This document shows positions 50,419 through 59,841 of a stretch of 64,000 nt of DNA, piece after piece. Each line of letters opens with the position of its first letter. The first letter of the stretch is position 1. The position numbers and the translations under genes were made by a program. The DNA comes from Chloroflexia bacterium (GTDB lineage Bacteria > Chloroflexota > Chloroflexia > QHBQ01 > JADMIH01), in NCBI GenBank assembly GCA_034437815.1, contig DAOTTC010000072.1, forward strand, positions 15,041 through 79,040, given 5' to 3'. Below the pieces are notes generated by a model that ran no database searches, was not told the origin of the DNA, and worked only from the letters and a program-made list of their open reading frames with translations.

Positions 50419-52228
50419 CGGCCAAAATGGCGAGCAATGCGGCGATCAACGCCAGTGGCAAGTAATACCGCCCTTCCAGCCTGCCGAGCAGGTGCCCGGC
50501 CCTGATGCCGAGCCGCCCGAGCAGTGCCCCGGCACCCCATATGCCCGCCTCCATCCACGCCAGCGACAGCCACCACAACAGGGCAGGCGGGTGGCCGGGC
50601 AGCCCATCGCCCGTGCCTTGCGCCGTGCCGGTAGGCCGGTGTGCGGTCAGCGACAGCCTGCCTGTTCTGTGCAGCGCGGGCGGCAACAGTATGCCGCTTG
50701 GCACCACGCCAGCACCTGCCCACGCGACCACGAGCCGGCCCACAGCGCCGACGACCAGCGCCCCGACCGCCATGAGCAGCAGCGGCACCAGCAGCCCGCC
50801 GCTTTGCACGCCAACCCATGGCAGGGCGAGGTCGGGTCTGCCGCCCGCTATACCCGACGCTGCTGCTAGCCGGGGCAGCCATACCGCGGGCAACACCCCG
50901 CCCAGCACGAGTATGCCGGCTGCGGCCACACCCAGCGCGGTGAGCGCGCGGGGCTGCGGCACCTGCGGGGCCTCGTTCGTCATATAACCCAGTATTGCTC
51001 CACCCGCCGCGAGGATCGCCACTGCCACAACCCCGATAGCCAGCAGGGGGCGCTGTGTGCCGCTGAGAGCCGATGCCAGCAGCCATATGCCCACGAACCC
51101 CGAAGTCAGGGGCGCAGCGATAAGCGAAGCGAGGGCTGTACCCGCCGACAGCCGGTCCAGAGGGTGGGCGCTCATTGCCCCGCCCGCCAGCTCCAGCGCC
51201 ACCCGGCCGGCGCTAAAAGCGGTCAGGATGGCTACTGCCGCCAGCCTCCCGGTCGGGTTGTCGAGGGCCAGTGCCCACAGGGCAAGGCCCATAGCATGGG
51301 CCGTGAGGAGCGCGGTCCACCGGCCGGTGCCCGCCCATACCGGCAGTCCCGCCGCCGCGACCAGCGCAGTTAGCCCGCCCGCCCACATCAGGCCGGTTGT
51401 GAATGCAGTCCAGCCCGCAGGCACGGTGCCCCCAAGCGCCTGAGAGGTGATCAGGGCTTGCAACCGCAGTAGGAGCACCAGCGCCGGAATTCCGAGCACA
51501 AGCGCCTGCACGAGTGCGGTGGAAGCCCCTGCTGGCCCCTGCGCACTCCAGCCTGTGAAAGGCGACAGACCCAACCACAAGACCACGAACAGCGCCACCA
51601 GCACCAGCGGCCACGTAGCTATCGCCGACAGCGATACCTCCGAGAGATCGTACGCCCCTCCGGTGGCTCGCCCGACCAACAGCACAGCGGCCCACAGGCT
51701 GAGGGCGCCCAGCCCCAGTGTCAACGGTTGCCGCTTGCTATCCGTGTTGCCCGGCCCAGTCCTCCGGGCTGCGTCGGGTGTCTCACCCAGATTCGCCATG
51801 CCCCACGCGAGCACGGCGAGAAAGAGCACATGCCCGGCATAAGCCATCAGGTCGGAAATGTGAACCATGCTGTACAGGGTGGCAATGGTGAGCACACCCG
51901 TGCCTAGTTGCCATGGCGCACCGGCTCCGCGGCCCAGCTTGGTGAGGCACAACCCGCCCACGCACAGGCACCACACCCCTGCCCACGCTGACAGCGCATC
52001 GCTTCTGTAGTCTGGGGCATTGACCCACGCAAGCGCAGGGGGCCATGCAACACTGGTGCCTGCGATCCCCCCGCCGTTCGGCCCCTCAGTGGCAAGGGCT
52101 GTTGCCACCGCCAGCGCCGTGCCCCACACTGCGGATACTCTGGCAAGCAATTGTCCGTTGCGTGACAACCCCACCACGGGGCAGAGCGCGGCCGTTGCTA
52201 TGAGTATCAGTAAGGTTGCTACCACCAC
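50408..52228 (-). CDS. Complex-I antiporter-like large subunit (NuoL/MrpA-like, Proton_antipo_M family)
   Basis: 606 aa, NuoL-like length and N-terminus. Family motif remnants SDLMAYAGHVLFL (cf. K.LLAYSSI.HMG) and GLSPFTGW. The stop codon lies inside a 9-bp tandem repeat. Confidence 0.5.
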   Translation of the reverse strand: MVVATLLILIATAALCPVVGLSRNGQLLARVSAVWGTALAVATALATEGPNGGGIAGTSVAWPPALAWVNAPDYRSDALSAWAGVWCLCVGGLCLTKLGRGAGAPWQLGTGVLTIATLYSMVHISDLMAYAGHVLFLAVLAWGMANLGETPDAARRTGPGNTDSKRQPLTLGLGALSLWAAVLLVGRATGGAYDLSEVSLSAIATWPLVLVALFVVLWLGLSPFTGWSAQGPAGASTALVQALVLGIPALVLLLRLQALITSQALGGTVPAGWTAFTTGLMWAGGLTALVAAAGLPVWAGTGRWTALLTAHAMGLALWALALDNPTGRLAAVAILTAFSAGRVALELAGGAMSAHPLDRLSAGTALASLIAAPLTSGFVGIWLLASALSGTQRPLLAIGVVAVAILAAGGAILGYMTNEAPQVPQPRALTALGVAAAGILVLGGVLPAVWLPRLAAASGIAGGRPDLALPWVGVQSGGLLVPLLLMAVGALVVGAVGRLVVAWAGAGVVPSGILLPPALHRTGRLSLTAHRPTGTAQGTGDGLPGHPPALLWWLSLAWMEAGIWGAGALLGRLGIRAGHLLGRLEGRYYLPLALIAALLAILAAIR

Positions 52229-52332
52229 TTGCTGGTGTTGCCTCCTATGTCATCTGTCAGGTCCTGCCGGCGCAGGGGCACGGGCAGAATTCATTTCACG
52301 CCACCATGCCTCATACCGCCATGTCGCCGGGT

Positions 52333-53523
52333 TCACCGCTCGGCTGATGAGATGCACAGGTCCAGCGACAGCAGTAACAGGTGGATATCTTCGAACTTCC
52401 GTCCGCGCATCAAGCCGGCTACCACCCCCAGATTGGGCAAGGATGGCGCGCTGAGATGCAGTGCGCGTGGTCCATCGGGTCCCCCCCGCACCCAGCAGAA
52501 CACCTCGCCGCGCGGTCCTTCGACCCTGCCGATACCACTCCCTTCGCGTAGCTCTGGGCTGCCCCTAGCCTTCACCGAGCCTCCGGGCAGGTCGTCCAGC
52601 GCCTGTTCGATTATGCGCAGGCTTTCCAGACACTCCAGCAACCGCACCATCAGGCGGGCGAAAGCATCGCCGGCGCGCTGGGTCACTATAGTTACGCCTT
52701 CTTCCTCGTATGCGCCGGTGGGCCAGCTGGCCCTGATGTCAAACGGTATGCCCGATGCCCTCAGCACCGGCCCGCGCAACCCGGCGATCACCGCCTCCTG
52801 CGCCGTGATGACGCCTAGGCCCACCAGTCTGGCGGCAAGCTCGCGATTGGCTGTGGCAGCGATCACATGGGCGCGCAACGCCCTCTCTATATGGCGAACC
52901 GCCAGCGCCAGCGCTCGGCACAGCGCATCATCAATATTGCGGACCAGCCCTCCGTATGTGATAAGCGCGGGCCGGGTGCGCGCTCCACTCCAGTCGGCCA
53001 CGGCCTGCACCAGCCGCTCTCGCAGGTCGCGCAGCACCGTCTCTATGTGGGTGAGGCCCAGCGCCTGCATCGTTGCGGCGGCGTTTGACAGGTGCGAGAT
53101 GACGCGCTCGATCTCGGCCAGCACCATCCGCAGGTATGCGGCTCTGGGCGGTACGATGAACTTGGCCATAGCTTCGACCGCGTGCACGAGGGCCAGCGTG
53201 TTGGCCTGCGAGCAACACGCGCATATGCCTTCCACCAATTCAAGGGCGCGGCCCCATTCCAGCCTGCCCTCGGCTACGCGCTCTTCCAGACCGATGCGGC
53301 TGTATCCCAGCTCCACCTGTGCGCTCGCTATCTCTACCCCCCAACCGGGCAACCCGCCATCGCTCGATGGGCGCAGAGACAGGCTCAGGCGCATGGGCAC
53401 AGGCAGCATGGGGTGGTATGGCCCGATGACACAGGAATGGCCGGTGGTCTGCAAGTGCGCCGGTGGTGAGCCGGCCTCGGTTGAAGCCGACTGATTTCGC
53501 GAGGGGTGTAAATCTGTCGTCAT
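52333..53523 (-). CDS. NuoD / [NiFe]-hydrogenase large-subunit family protein (complex I 49-kDa-like) retaining 3 of the 4 hydrogenase Ni-ligand cysteine positions
   Basis: Alignable to NuoD along the whole length: GPYHPML..MRLSLSL vs GPQHP..LRLVLEL; VPPRAAYLRMVLAEIERVISHL vs VPDRVDVIRVMMAEFFRITSHL; C-terminal SLDLCISSAER vs hydrogenase DPCxSCTDR. The N-terminal CxxC (EGICACC) is present. Confidence 0.7.
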   Translation of the reverse strand: MTTDLHPSRNQSASTEAGSPPAHLQTTGHSCVIGPYHPMLPVPMRLSLSLRPSSDGGLPGWGVEIASAQVELGYSRIGLEERVAEGRLEWGRALELVEGICACCSQANTLALVHAVEAMAKFIVPPRAAYLRMVLAEIERVISHLSNAAATMQALGLTHIETVLRDLRERLVQAVADWSGARTRPALITYGGLVRNIDDALCRALALAVRHIERALRAHVIAATANRELAARLVGLGVITAQEAVIAGLRGPVLRASGIPFDIRASWPTGAYEEEGVTIVTQRAGDAFARLMVRLLECLESLRIIEQALDDLPGGSVKARGSPELREGSGIGRVEGPRGEVFCWVRGGPDGPRALHLSAPSLPNLGVVAGLMRGRKFEDIHLLLLSLDLCISSAER

Positions 53524-53538
53524 GTCGCCTGCTGGCCG

Positions 53539-54063
53539 CTAAATCTCGATGTTGCGGAACACTACTGACAGCCTGCTTTGCACCTCGCTCTCCAGCAGAG
53601 CCGCCACGGGGTATATCCCCGCCACCGACCTCACAGCCCATGGGGGCGAGGTTATGCTCACAGTGTACACGATGTCGTCCTGTGCATAGAAATAGAGCAT
53701 GGTCACTTCATCTGCCTGCCCGGCGGCGTGGGCGGCCCTTCCGAGGGAAGCGGTGCGCTTTGGCCTGCTTTTATCAGTAGGGGCTGGGGGCGGGGTATGG
53801 CGTGCCGAGGTTGGCGCGAGCAGGGCGGCCCTCTCGCCCGTCATGGTGATCAGCGATGCGCCCGCCGACCTGAAAACCATGGCTATCTGGTCGGCCGGCA
53901 CATCTCGAAAGTGCAGGCGCACCTCACGCTCGTGCTCTTCCCGCATGAAGGTAAAGTGCGCGAGTTGCCTTTCGACGCCCGCCGGCCCGGCTTCGCTGGG
54001 TGGCTCTTGTTCGGGTTCGTGTTCGGGATGGGAGCCATGGAAGTGCGTGTCGTTGCCGTGCAT
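53539..54063 (-). CDS. NuoC / hydrogenase 30-kDa-subunit-like protein with a His/Glu-rich N-terminal extension
   Basis: The C-terminal core IVYTVSITSPPWAVRSVAGIYPVAALLESEVQSRLSVVF follows the NuoC pattern (P..P.SVT.I.p.A.W.EREV.D.FGI.F). N-terminus MHGNDTHFHGSHPEHEPEQEPP. First gene of the module. Confidence 0.45.
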   Translation of the reverse strand: MHGNDTHFHGSHPEHEPEQEPPSEAGPAGVERQLAHFTFMREEHEREVRLHFRDVPADQIAMVFRSAGASLITMTGERAALLAPTSARHTPPPAPTDKSRPKRTASLGRAAHAAGQADEVTMLYFYAQDDIVYTVSITSPPWAVRSVAGIYPVAALLESEVQSRLSVVFRNIEI

Positions 54064-54246
54064 CTCTGTTCACCAAAGGTAAGTTGACACCAGCGGCTAC
54101 TATACCAGCATACCCCATGGCCGTCAAGCGAGGTGACCCGACAGGCTTCCACCAACAATCGGGGTTACCAGTGGTCAAGAGGGGCTTGGAGAGGGCATAG
54201 CCCTCCCGGCCTTCCTTTGTGCCGTTTATTATTGGAGCCGTGCTAT

Positions 54247-55506
54247 AATAGCACCATGCGCATAGCGTTCAATGGGTATTTCTGGGACAGGCCTCGCACC
54301 GGCTCCGGCCAGTATCTGCGCCATCTATGGATCACCCTCTCTGATATCTACTGCGCCACTAGCTCTGGCTCTGATGGTGAGCATCTGGTCATGCTACTGC
54401 CGCCGGGTGCCTCCCCGGCTGAGCCGGTGCCCACCGGCGCTTGCTCTTACGCCGTAGCCGCAAGGCCAACATTGATGACCGGTAGAAGCGCAAAACTCGA
54501 TAAGCTGATATGGGAGCAGACGGTGAGCCAGATGGAGGCTCGGCGGCAGCGCGCCCACCTGCTGCACGTGCCTTACCTGTCGGCCCCGATCCTCAGGTCC
54601 TTGCCTGTGGTGGTGACCGCACACGATATGATACCGTGGGTGCTGCCCGGTTACGCGGGCAACCCGGCGTTCAGGCTGTATCTTATGGTAGTGGCGGCAG
54701 GGGTAAAGCGGGCCAACCTGATCGTGACCGATTCCGATGCTTCGCGGCGCGACGTGTTGAGAATACTGAAGATGCCTGCGCATAAAGTGCATACCGTCTA
54801 TCTGGGCGTGACACCGCCACCTGCCTTTACTCCCGCTCAACTGGAGGAAGTCCGGGCGCGCTATGGACTGCCCCCTCACTTCGCTTTTTACATGGGCGGT
54901 TTTGACCGCCGCAAGAACGTGCCCCTGCTGCTCAGGGCGTGGCGTCGGGTGCTGGATTCTATGGCGGCTGATGCGCCCCCTCGTTCGGATGAGAGCACGC
55001 CCGTGCTGGCAATCGGGGGGAGCGTGCCTGTGCCGGGCGGCATATTCCCTGACGTTATCGGCGAGGCCACAGCTCTGGGCCTGATGGGCGGCCCCGGCGC
55101 ACCGGTGCGCTTTCTGGGCGCAGTTGGCGAGGGTGACAAGTTCGCGCTCATGTCCGCCGCAAGGCTGTTCGTCTATCCGTCGGCCTACGAGGGCTTCGGG
55201 CTGGACCCTCTAACGGCCATGGCCTGCGGGTGTGCCGTTGTATCGTCGTTGGGCGGGTCGCTGGCCGAGGTGGTGGGCGATGCCGGCGTGCTGGTGCCCC
55301 CACAGGACGAAGACGCCCTGTGCGGGGCTATACGACGGGTGTGGGCCGATGGCGATCTGAGGGCCGAGCTTGCCTGCCGTGGGCAGCAACGCGCCCGTCT
55401 CTTTACATGGGAGCGCACCGCCCGCCAGACCCACGACCTATACCTGCTGGCGCTCAGGCAGGCTCGCCGCCGGCGCGGATCGAGAGGAGGGCGCACACAA
55501 CCTTGA
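54247..55506 (+). CDS. GT4-family glycosyltransferase (glycosyl transferase group 1)
   Basis: GT-B architecture; C-terminal EX7E-like region (AYEGFGLDPLTAMACGCAVVSS). ATG at 54247. Confidence 0.7.
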   Translation, partial: NSTMRIAFNGYFWDRPRTGSGQYLRHLWITLSDIYCATSSGSDGEHLVMLLPPGASPAEPVPTGACSYAVAARPTLMTGRSAKLDKLIWEQTVSQMEARRQRAHLLHVPYLSAPILRSLPVVVTAHDMIPWVLPGYAGNPAFRLYLMVVAAGVKRANLIVTDSDASRRDVLRILKMPAHKVHTVYLGVTPPPAFTPAQLEEVRARYGLPPHFAFYMGGFDRRKNVPLLLRAWRRVLDSMAADAPPRSDESTPVLAIGGSVPVPGGIFPDVIGEATALGLMGGPGAPVRFLGAVGEGDKFALMSAARLFVYPSAYEGFGLDPLTAMACGCAVVSSLGGSLAEVVGDAGVLVPPQDEDALCGAIRRVWADGDLRAELACRGQQRARLFTWERTARQTHDLYLLALRQARRRRGSRGGRTQP

Positions 55507-55523
55507 GCGCGACCGACCGTGTG

Positions 55524-56765
55524 ATGGAGCCGATTGAGCAAGCGAGGGCCACCCGCCATGCAAAGCACACCCCGCTTGACCCTGACTGTGGCCTGGCTGA
55601 GCGGCGTGAGCGCTTACGCGTTATGTGGCTGTGGCATGCGGCCGTGGTTGCCGAGTACCAGAAGCCCTTGGCCGTGCTGGCCGAATGCCCCGGCATAGAA
55701 GCTGTGCTGTTGGTGCCCCACCGCTGGCCTGAGCGGCCCGGCCAGATGGTGCACACCGAGAGGTTGCCCGGCGCGCGTTTCCGGCTCGTCAGAGCGCGCA
55801 CGGTGTTCACCGGTTTGTATTTCATCTATTTCTTCCCCAGCCTGCTCTATCATCTGCTCCGCTGGCGGCCCGATATCCTCTACTGCTACGAAGAGGCGCA
55901 TGCCTTCATCTCGGCGTGCGTGCTGATGATACGAAAGGTGCTCTTGCCTGATATGCGGGTGTTGCTGTATGCCGCACAGAACATAAGGAAGCGATATCCA
56001 CCGCCATTCAGCATGTTCGAGCGTTTCTGCTTCCGCAACGCTGACGCGATTATGGCCTGTGGGATTACGGTCGCCCGCACCCTGCGCTCCAAGGGATACA
56101 GAGGAGAGTTATACGTGGTGCCCTTACCTGTGGACACGCATGCTTTCGCCCCCGACCCCGACAAGCGCGCATACGTCAGAGAGCGGTTGGGCATCCCCAA
56201 CGACGCGCTGGTGATCGGCTATGCGGGCAAGCTGGTCGAAGCGAAAGGCATACGCACTCTGTGGCGGGCCTTTGTGGGCATAGCGCGCCAGCACCCTCAG
56301 GCTCATCTGGTGATGGCGGGGGCAGGTCCATTGCAAGAAGAACTGCTGGGGGCCGCCCGCGCCGCTGGGCTGGCAGATAGGCTGCATCTGGTTGGGGTGG
56401 TGCACAACGCTGACCTTCCGGCCTTCATGAACGCGCTGGACGTGTTCGTGCTCCCCTCGGAGACGCGGCCAAACTGGCGCGAGCAGTTCGGCCGGGTTGC
56501 GGTCGAAGCGATGGCCTGCGGCGTGCCCGTGGTCGGCTCCGACTCGGGCGAGATACCGCATGTGCTGGACGGGGTGGGTCTGCTGTTCCCGGAAGGGGAT
56601 GCTTCAGCGCTCGGTACCTGCCTGCGCGCACTGCTGACCGATCGAACGATGCGCGAGGAGCTTGGCCATATGGGCAGAAGGCGGGTGCTGGAGCTGTTCA
56701 CTACGGAAAGGGTGGCTGCTTGCCACTATTCGGTGTACAAGGATTTGATGCGTGGCTCTGAGTGA
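55524..56765 (+). CDS. GT4-family glycosyltransferase (second paralog)
   Basis: GYAGKLVEAKG, ETRPNWREQFGRVAVEAMACGVPVVGSDSGE (EX7E). Start uncertain: an alternative is the M of VMWLWHAAV at ~55623. Confidence 0.7.
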   Translation: MEPIEQARATRHAKHTPLDPDCGLAERRERLRVMWLWHAAVVAEYQKPLAVLAECPGIEAVLLVPHRWPERPGQMVHTERLPGARFRLVRARTVFTGLYFIYFFPSLLYHLLRWRPDILYCYEEAHAFISACVLMIRKVLLPDMRVLLYAAQNIRKRYPPPFSMFERFCFRNADAIMACGITVARTLRSKGYRGELYVVPLPVDTHAFAPDPDKRAYVRERLGIPNDALVIGYAGKLVEAKGIRTLWRAFVGIARQHPQAHLVMAGAGPLQEELLGAARAAGLADRLHLVGVVHNADLPAFMNALDVFVLPSETRPNWREQFGRVAVEAMACGVPVVGSDSGEIPHVLDGVGLLFPEGDASALGTCLRALLTDRTMREELGHMGRRRVLELFTTERVAACHYSVYKDLMRGSE

Positions 56766-56785
56766 CGCATGCCACCGATGACAGA

Positions 56786-58477
56786 ATGCGTACGACGCTC
56801 GAACAATATAAGCTAAACACCCCCACACCTGCCACCTCTACAGGCACTGTCATTCGTCAGGGTCAGGCGTTTCATCTTACCGCAGACCTGTGGTCCGCGC
56901 TGGGCGGACTGCTGCTGGTGGCGGCGCTGGCCTTTGCCATCATCTGGTCTGCCAGCAACCCATCGGTGGCCGGGCGAGAGGCCACCCGCACGGCGGCTGC
57001 CCTGCTGCGCGAAGGCAGATATTCGCAGGCCGTGGCTCTGCTTGAGCGCACCCTGCTCGATTATGACTCCCCGCAATTGCGCATCTGGTTGTCCTATGGC
57101 TATCTGGCCCGGCGGGATGCGGAGCGCGCCGGACGGCAGGCCCAGATAGCCATCTCCAAGTCGCCACCCCATCTGTTGCCTGAGGCGTGGTCGCAACTCG
57201 GCAGGGTGCTGGCCTTTGAGGGGAACCACGATCGGGCACTGGAGGCTTGGTCTCAAGCTATCGCCCACGCCCAACCCCTCACCGCCAACAAGGCGGTAGA
57301 GGCACACTTGCGCTCTGCCCTGTGGCACAGCGCGATGACCTTCTGGCGGCGTGGCGACTGGGACCCCTCTCGACGGATGCTGGAGCGGCTGTTGGAGAAA
57401 AGGGATTTGTACGGCGATTCGGCACGCCTGAAATTGGCTCAGTTGGTGGCACCGGACGACCAAGCCCGGTCCCTGCAACTGCTTGCCGAACTGGAGGCCG
57501 GTTGGCAGAGCCACTCGCAGGACGGTGCGCAATGGTTGGCCGGCAGTGCGGTGCCCGACCTGCGAGTGCCGGGCCTACGCGAAGGCATGCCATTGCAGGC
57601 ACTCCGTCGTGATGCACAGACCCTGCGCCGCGCCCTTGAACAGGCGTCGCAGGCGCAGCGGGCCGGGGGCGATGAAGCCACCATCGCTATCATCTGGGGC
57701 AATGCCTACCTGCAACAGGACGAGGCCCGGCTGGCAAAACGTTATCTGGAGAGGGCGGTTGCCCTCAACCCCCGCTCGGCGGAGGCGCACACAGGCCTCG
57801 GCATCGCCCTGATGCAACTGGGCGATGCCGACCGCGCCATATCTCACTTGCAGACGGCGGCCCGTCTGGACCGCAGCCAGCCTTTGCCGCACCACGCGCT
57901 AGTCGAGGTGTACATTCAACGCAAGCAGTGGGCGTCGGCCGCGCACGAGCTTGGCGTGCTGAGCGACTTGCAGCCCGCCAGCGTCATAGTGCGCATGCAA
58001 AGGGCCGAGTATTACGTTCAGACCGGATATTATGCGGATGCCGAAAACGAGTACATCGGCGCGGTGAACCTACAGCGTGGTGGGGCGCCGGACGCGGGCA
58101 AGGTGGACGCCATGCTGGCCCTTGCCCGGTTTTATACAGACGTGCGCGGTATGGGTTGTGAGAAGGGCCTGTCGCCGGCCCAAGAGTCTCTGGCCCGCAA
58201 CCCCGATGATCCTGCCTCGCTGGATGCTGTCGGCTGGTCGTTGGTGCTGTGCAACAGACCTGCCGAGGCCCTGCCCCATCTGGAGCGCGCCGTGTCGCTG
58301 GCCCCAGACGTGCCCCGTTATCGCTATCATCTGGCTAAGGCATATGCCGCCCTCAGGCGTTACACAGACGCACGCGACCAATATATCCGCGTCATGGATT
58401 TCGACCCCGGCGGCCCATGGGAGCGGATGGCTCGGTCGGACCTCGCCCAGTTGCCTCAGATGCACGGCCAGCCATGA
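56786..58477 (+). CDS. Tetratricopeptide-repeat (TPR) protein with an N-terminal TM anchor
   Basis: Multiple TPR-like helix pairs (W..LG......A...Y..A) and a TM segment (LWSALGGLLLVAALAFAIIW). A GTG at 56762 overlapping the upstream stop is an alternative start. Confidence 0.6.
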   Translation: MRTTLEQYKLNTPTPATSTGTVIRQGQAFHLTADLWSALGGLLLVAALAFAIIWSASNPSVAGREATRTAAALLREGRYSQAVALLERTLLDYDSPQLRIWLSYGYLARRDAERAGRQAQIAISKSPPHLLPEAWSQLGRVLAFEGNHDRALEAWSQAIAHAQPLTANKAVEAHLRSALWHSAMTFWRRGDWDPSRRMLERLLEKRDLYGDSARLKLAQLVAPDDQARSLQLLAELEAGWQSHSQDGAQWLAGSAVPDLRVPGLREGMPLQALRRDAQTLRRALEQASQAQRAGGDEATIAIIWGNAYLQQDEARLAKRYLERAVALNPRSAEAHTGLGIALMQLGDADRAISHLQTAARLDRSQPLPHHALVEVYIQRKQWASAAHELGVLSDLQPASVIVRMQRAEYYVQTGYYADAENEYIGAVNLQRGGAPDAGKVDAMLALARFYTDVRGMGCEKGLSPAQESLARNPDDPASLDAVGWSLVLCNRPAEALPHLERAVSLAPDVPRYRYHLAKAYAALRRYTDARDQYIRVMDFDPGGPWERMARSDLAQLPQMHGQP

Positions 58478-58754
58478 GTTGGACCAAAAGTGGGGGTTCG
58501 GTTTGAGGGGGGAGCCTCTAGAGGCTCCCCCCTCCTCTTGTGTGAGAGGGCCGCGGGGGAGGGGTTCCTGTGAAAGCCACTAGCAAAAAGTGGCTAGTAT
58601 GCTACACCACTATGGGCTATGGAGTACGGCTTTTGCCTGCTGTATAGTTGACTGGGAACTATTGCAATGCCCCGATCCCGGCATCTCTCGGAGTCCCATA
58701 ATCTACTGCATTCTGTAGGTTGTCATAAACATTCATTACCGGAGGCAAGTCACA

Positions 58755-59675
58755 ATGAAATCACGTGGAGGTCGTTTCCTGCTAGTTCTGGGCGCTCTGC
58801 TGGCGGCCATGGCGTTTGTAGTCGTGTACGTGGTTATGTCCAAGACTACATCAGACATCGAAGCCGCCACGGTGCCCACACCTGCGCCGATGAAGGCGGT
58901 GGTCGTGGCCACGGGCGATCTGCCTGCTTACACCATGCTCAGCGCGAGCAATGTGGTGTTGCAGGAGGTGGAGGCCACCACAGTCACATCCAACACCGTT
59001 ACCGACCCGAGCGCCGTTTACGGCAAAATGACCCTCGTACCCCTCACCAAGGGCCAGCAGCTCCAGCAGAACTATGTGACCCAGTCGGGCTTCTCCACAG
59101 TGCTGGCTAAGGGCGAGAAGGCGTTTGCGCTGGCGGTCACCGAGCGCAACACTTTTGGTGGGGCCGTCACAGAGAACGACCGGGTTGACGTGCTGTGGAC
59201 CACCACCTTCCGCACGTGGGTTGCCAAGCCCGGCCCACAGGGGCAGGTAGAGTATGTGGAATCCGTGTTCACGAGCACCAAAACCCTGCTTCAGGACATC
59301 CACGTGCTGCGCGTAATTGACCTGCGTCCGCCCGTGCCCACAGAGGGTCAAGAGAGTCAGGCTCAACCCGCGTCCACCACCAATGGCAGCCCTACCCAGA
59401 GTAATGCCCCTTCACCTGAGATGTATGCGGAAGACGCTCCCTATCAGGCGGTGCTCATTCTGGGCGTTACCGACCAGCAGGCAGAGGTGCTCAAGTTTGC
59501 GCGCGAAAACGGTATCTTGGACCTGACCCTGCGCTCGTCGGCCACCTTCAAGGCTGCCGATGGTCAAGAGATGAAGGGTGACCGCGAGGCCGAGAAGACC
59601 ACCGGTATCACCATTGATAAGTTGATAACCGATTACGGCCTGCCCACACCGAAGATAGTGGAAATAGGCAGGTAA
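58755..59675 (+). CDS. cpaB: Flp pilus assembly protein CpaB/RcpC
   Basis: N-terminal TM; SAF-like domain; KGEKAFALAV...GGAV..NDRVDVL. Confidence 0.8.
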   Translation: MKSRGGRFLLVLGALLAAMAFVVVYVVMSKTTSDIEAATVPTPAPMKAVVVATGDLPAYTMLSASNVVLQEVEATTVTSNTVTDPSAVYGKMTLVPLTKGQQLQQNYVTQSGFSTVLAKGEKAFALAVTERNTFGGAVTENDRVDVLWTTTFRTWVAKPGPQGQVEYVESVFTSTKTLLQDIHVLRVIDLRPPVPTEGQESQAQPASTTNGSPTQSNAPSPEMYAEDAPYQAVLILGVTDQQAEVLKFARENGILDLTLRSSATFKAADGQEMKGDREAEKTTGITIDKLITDYGLPTPKIVEIGR

Positions 59676-59743
59676 AGCGAAAGCGCTACATGGGGTATGG
59701 GGTATGTGACATGTGGTATGGGGCACGTGCAACATGCGCTAAC

Positions 59744-59818
59744 CGTGCACGTTTCACATATCACGCAACAGGCGGCTACCACACGTCACGTTTTACCCGT
59801 CACGCATCACGTTTCATG
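59744..59818. promoter_or_regulatory. Cluster of direct repeats of CACGTTTCA / TCACG(C/T)(A/T)TCAC in the cpaB-cpaE intergenic region
   Basis: gtgCACGTTTCACatATCACGcaac ... CACGTCACGTTTtacccGTCACGcATCACGTTTCAtg, read directly 25-100 bp upstream of the cpaE start. Confidence 0.5.
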
Positions 59819-59841
59819 AAAGGACGAATCAGGAGCTCATC

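Noticed and set aside
58480-58754. Flp pilin gene upstream of cpaB
   Set aside because: Translations of the small ORFs in this spacer lack the Flp G/XXXXEY processing motif and a hydrophobic segment. The pilin is presumably elsewhere.
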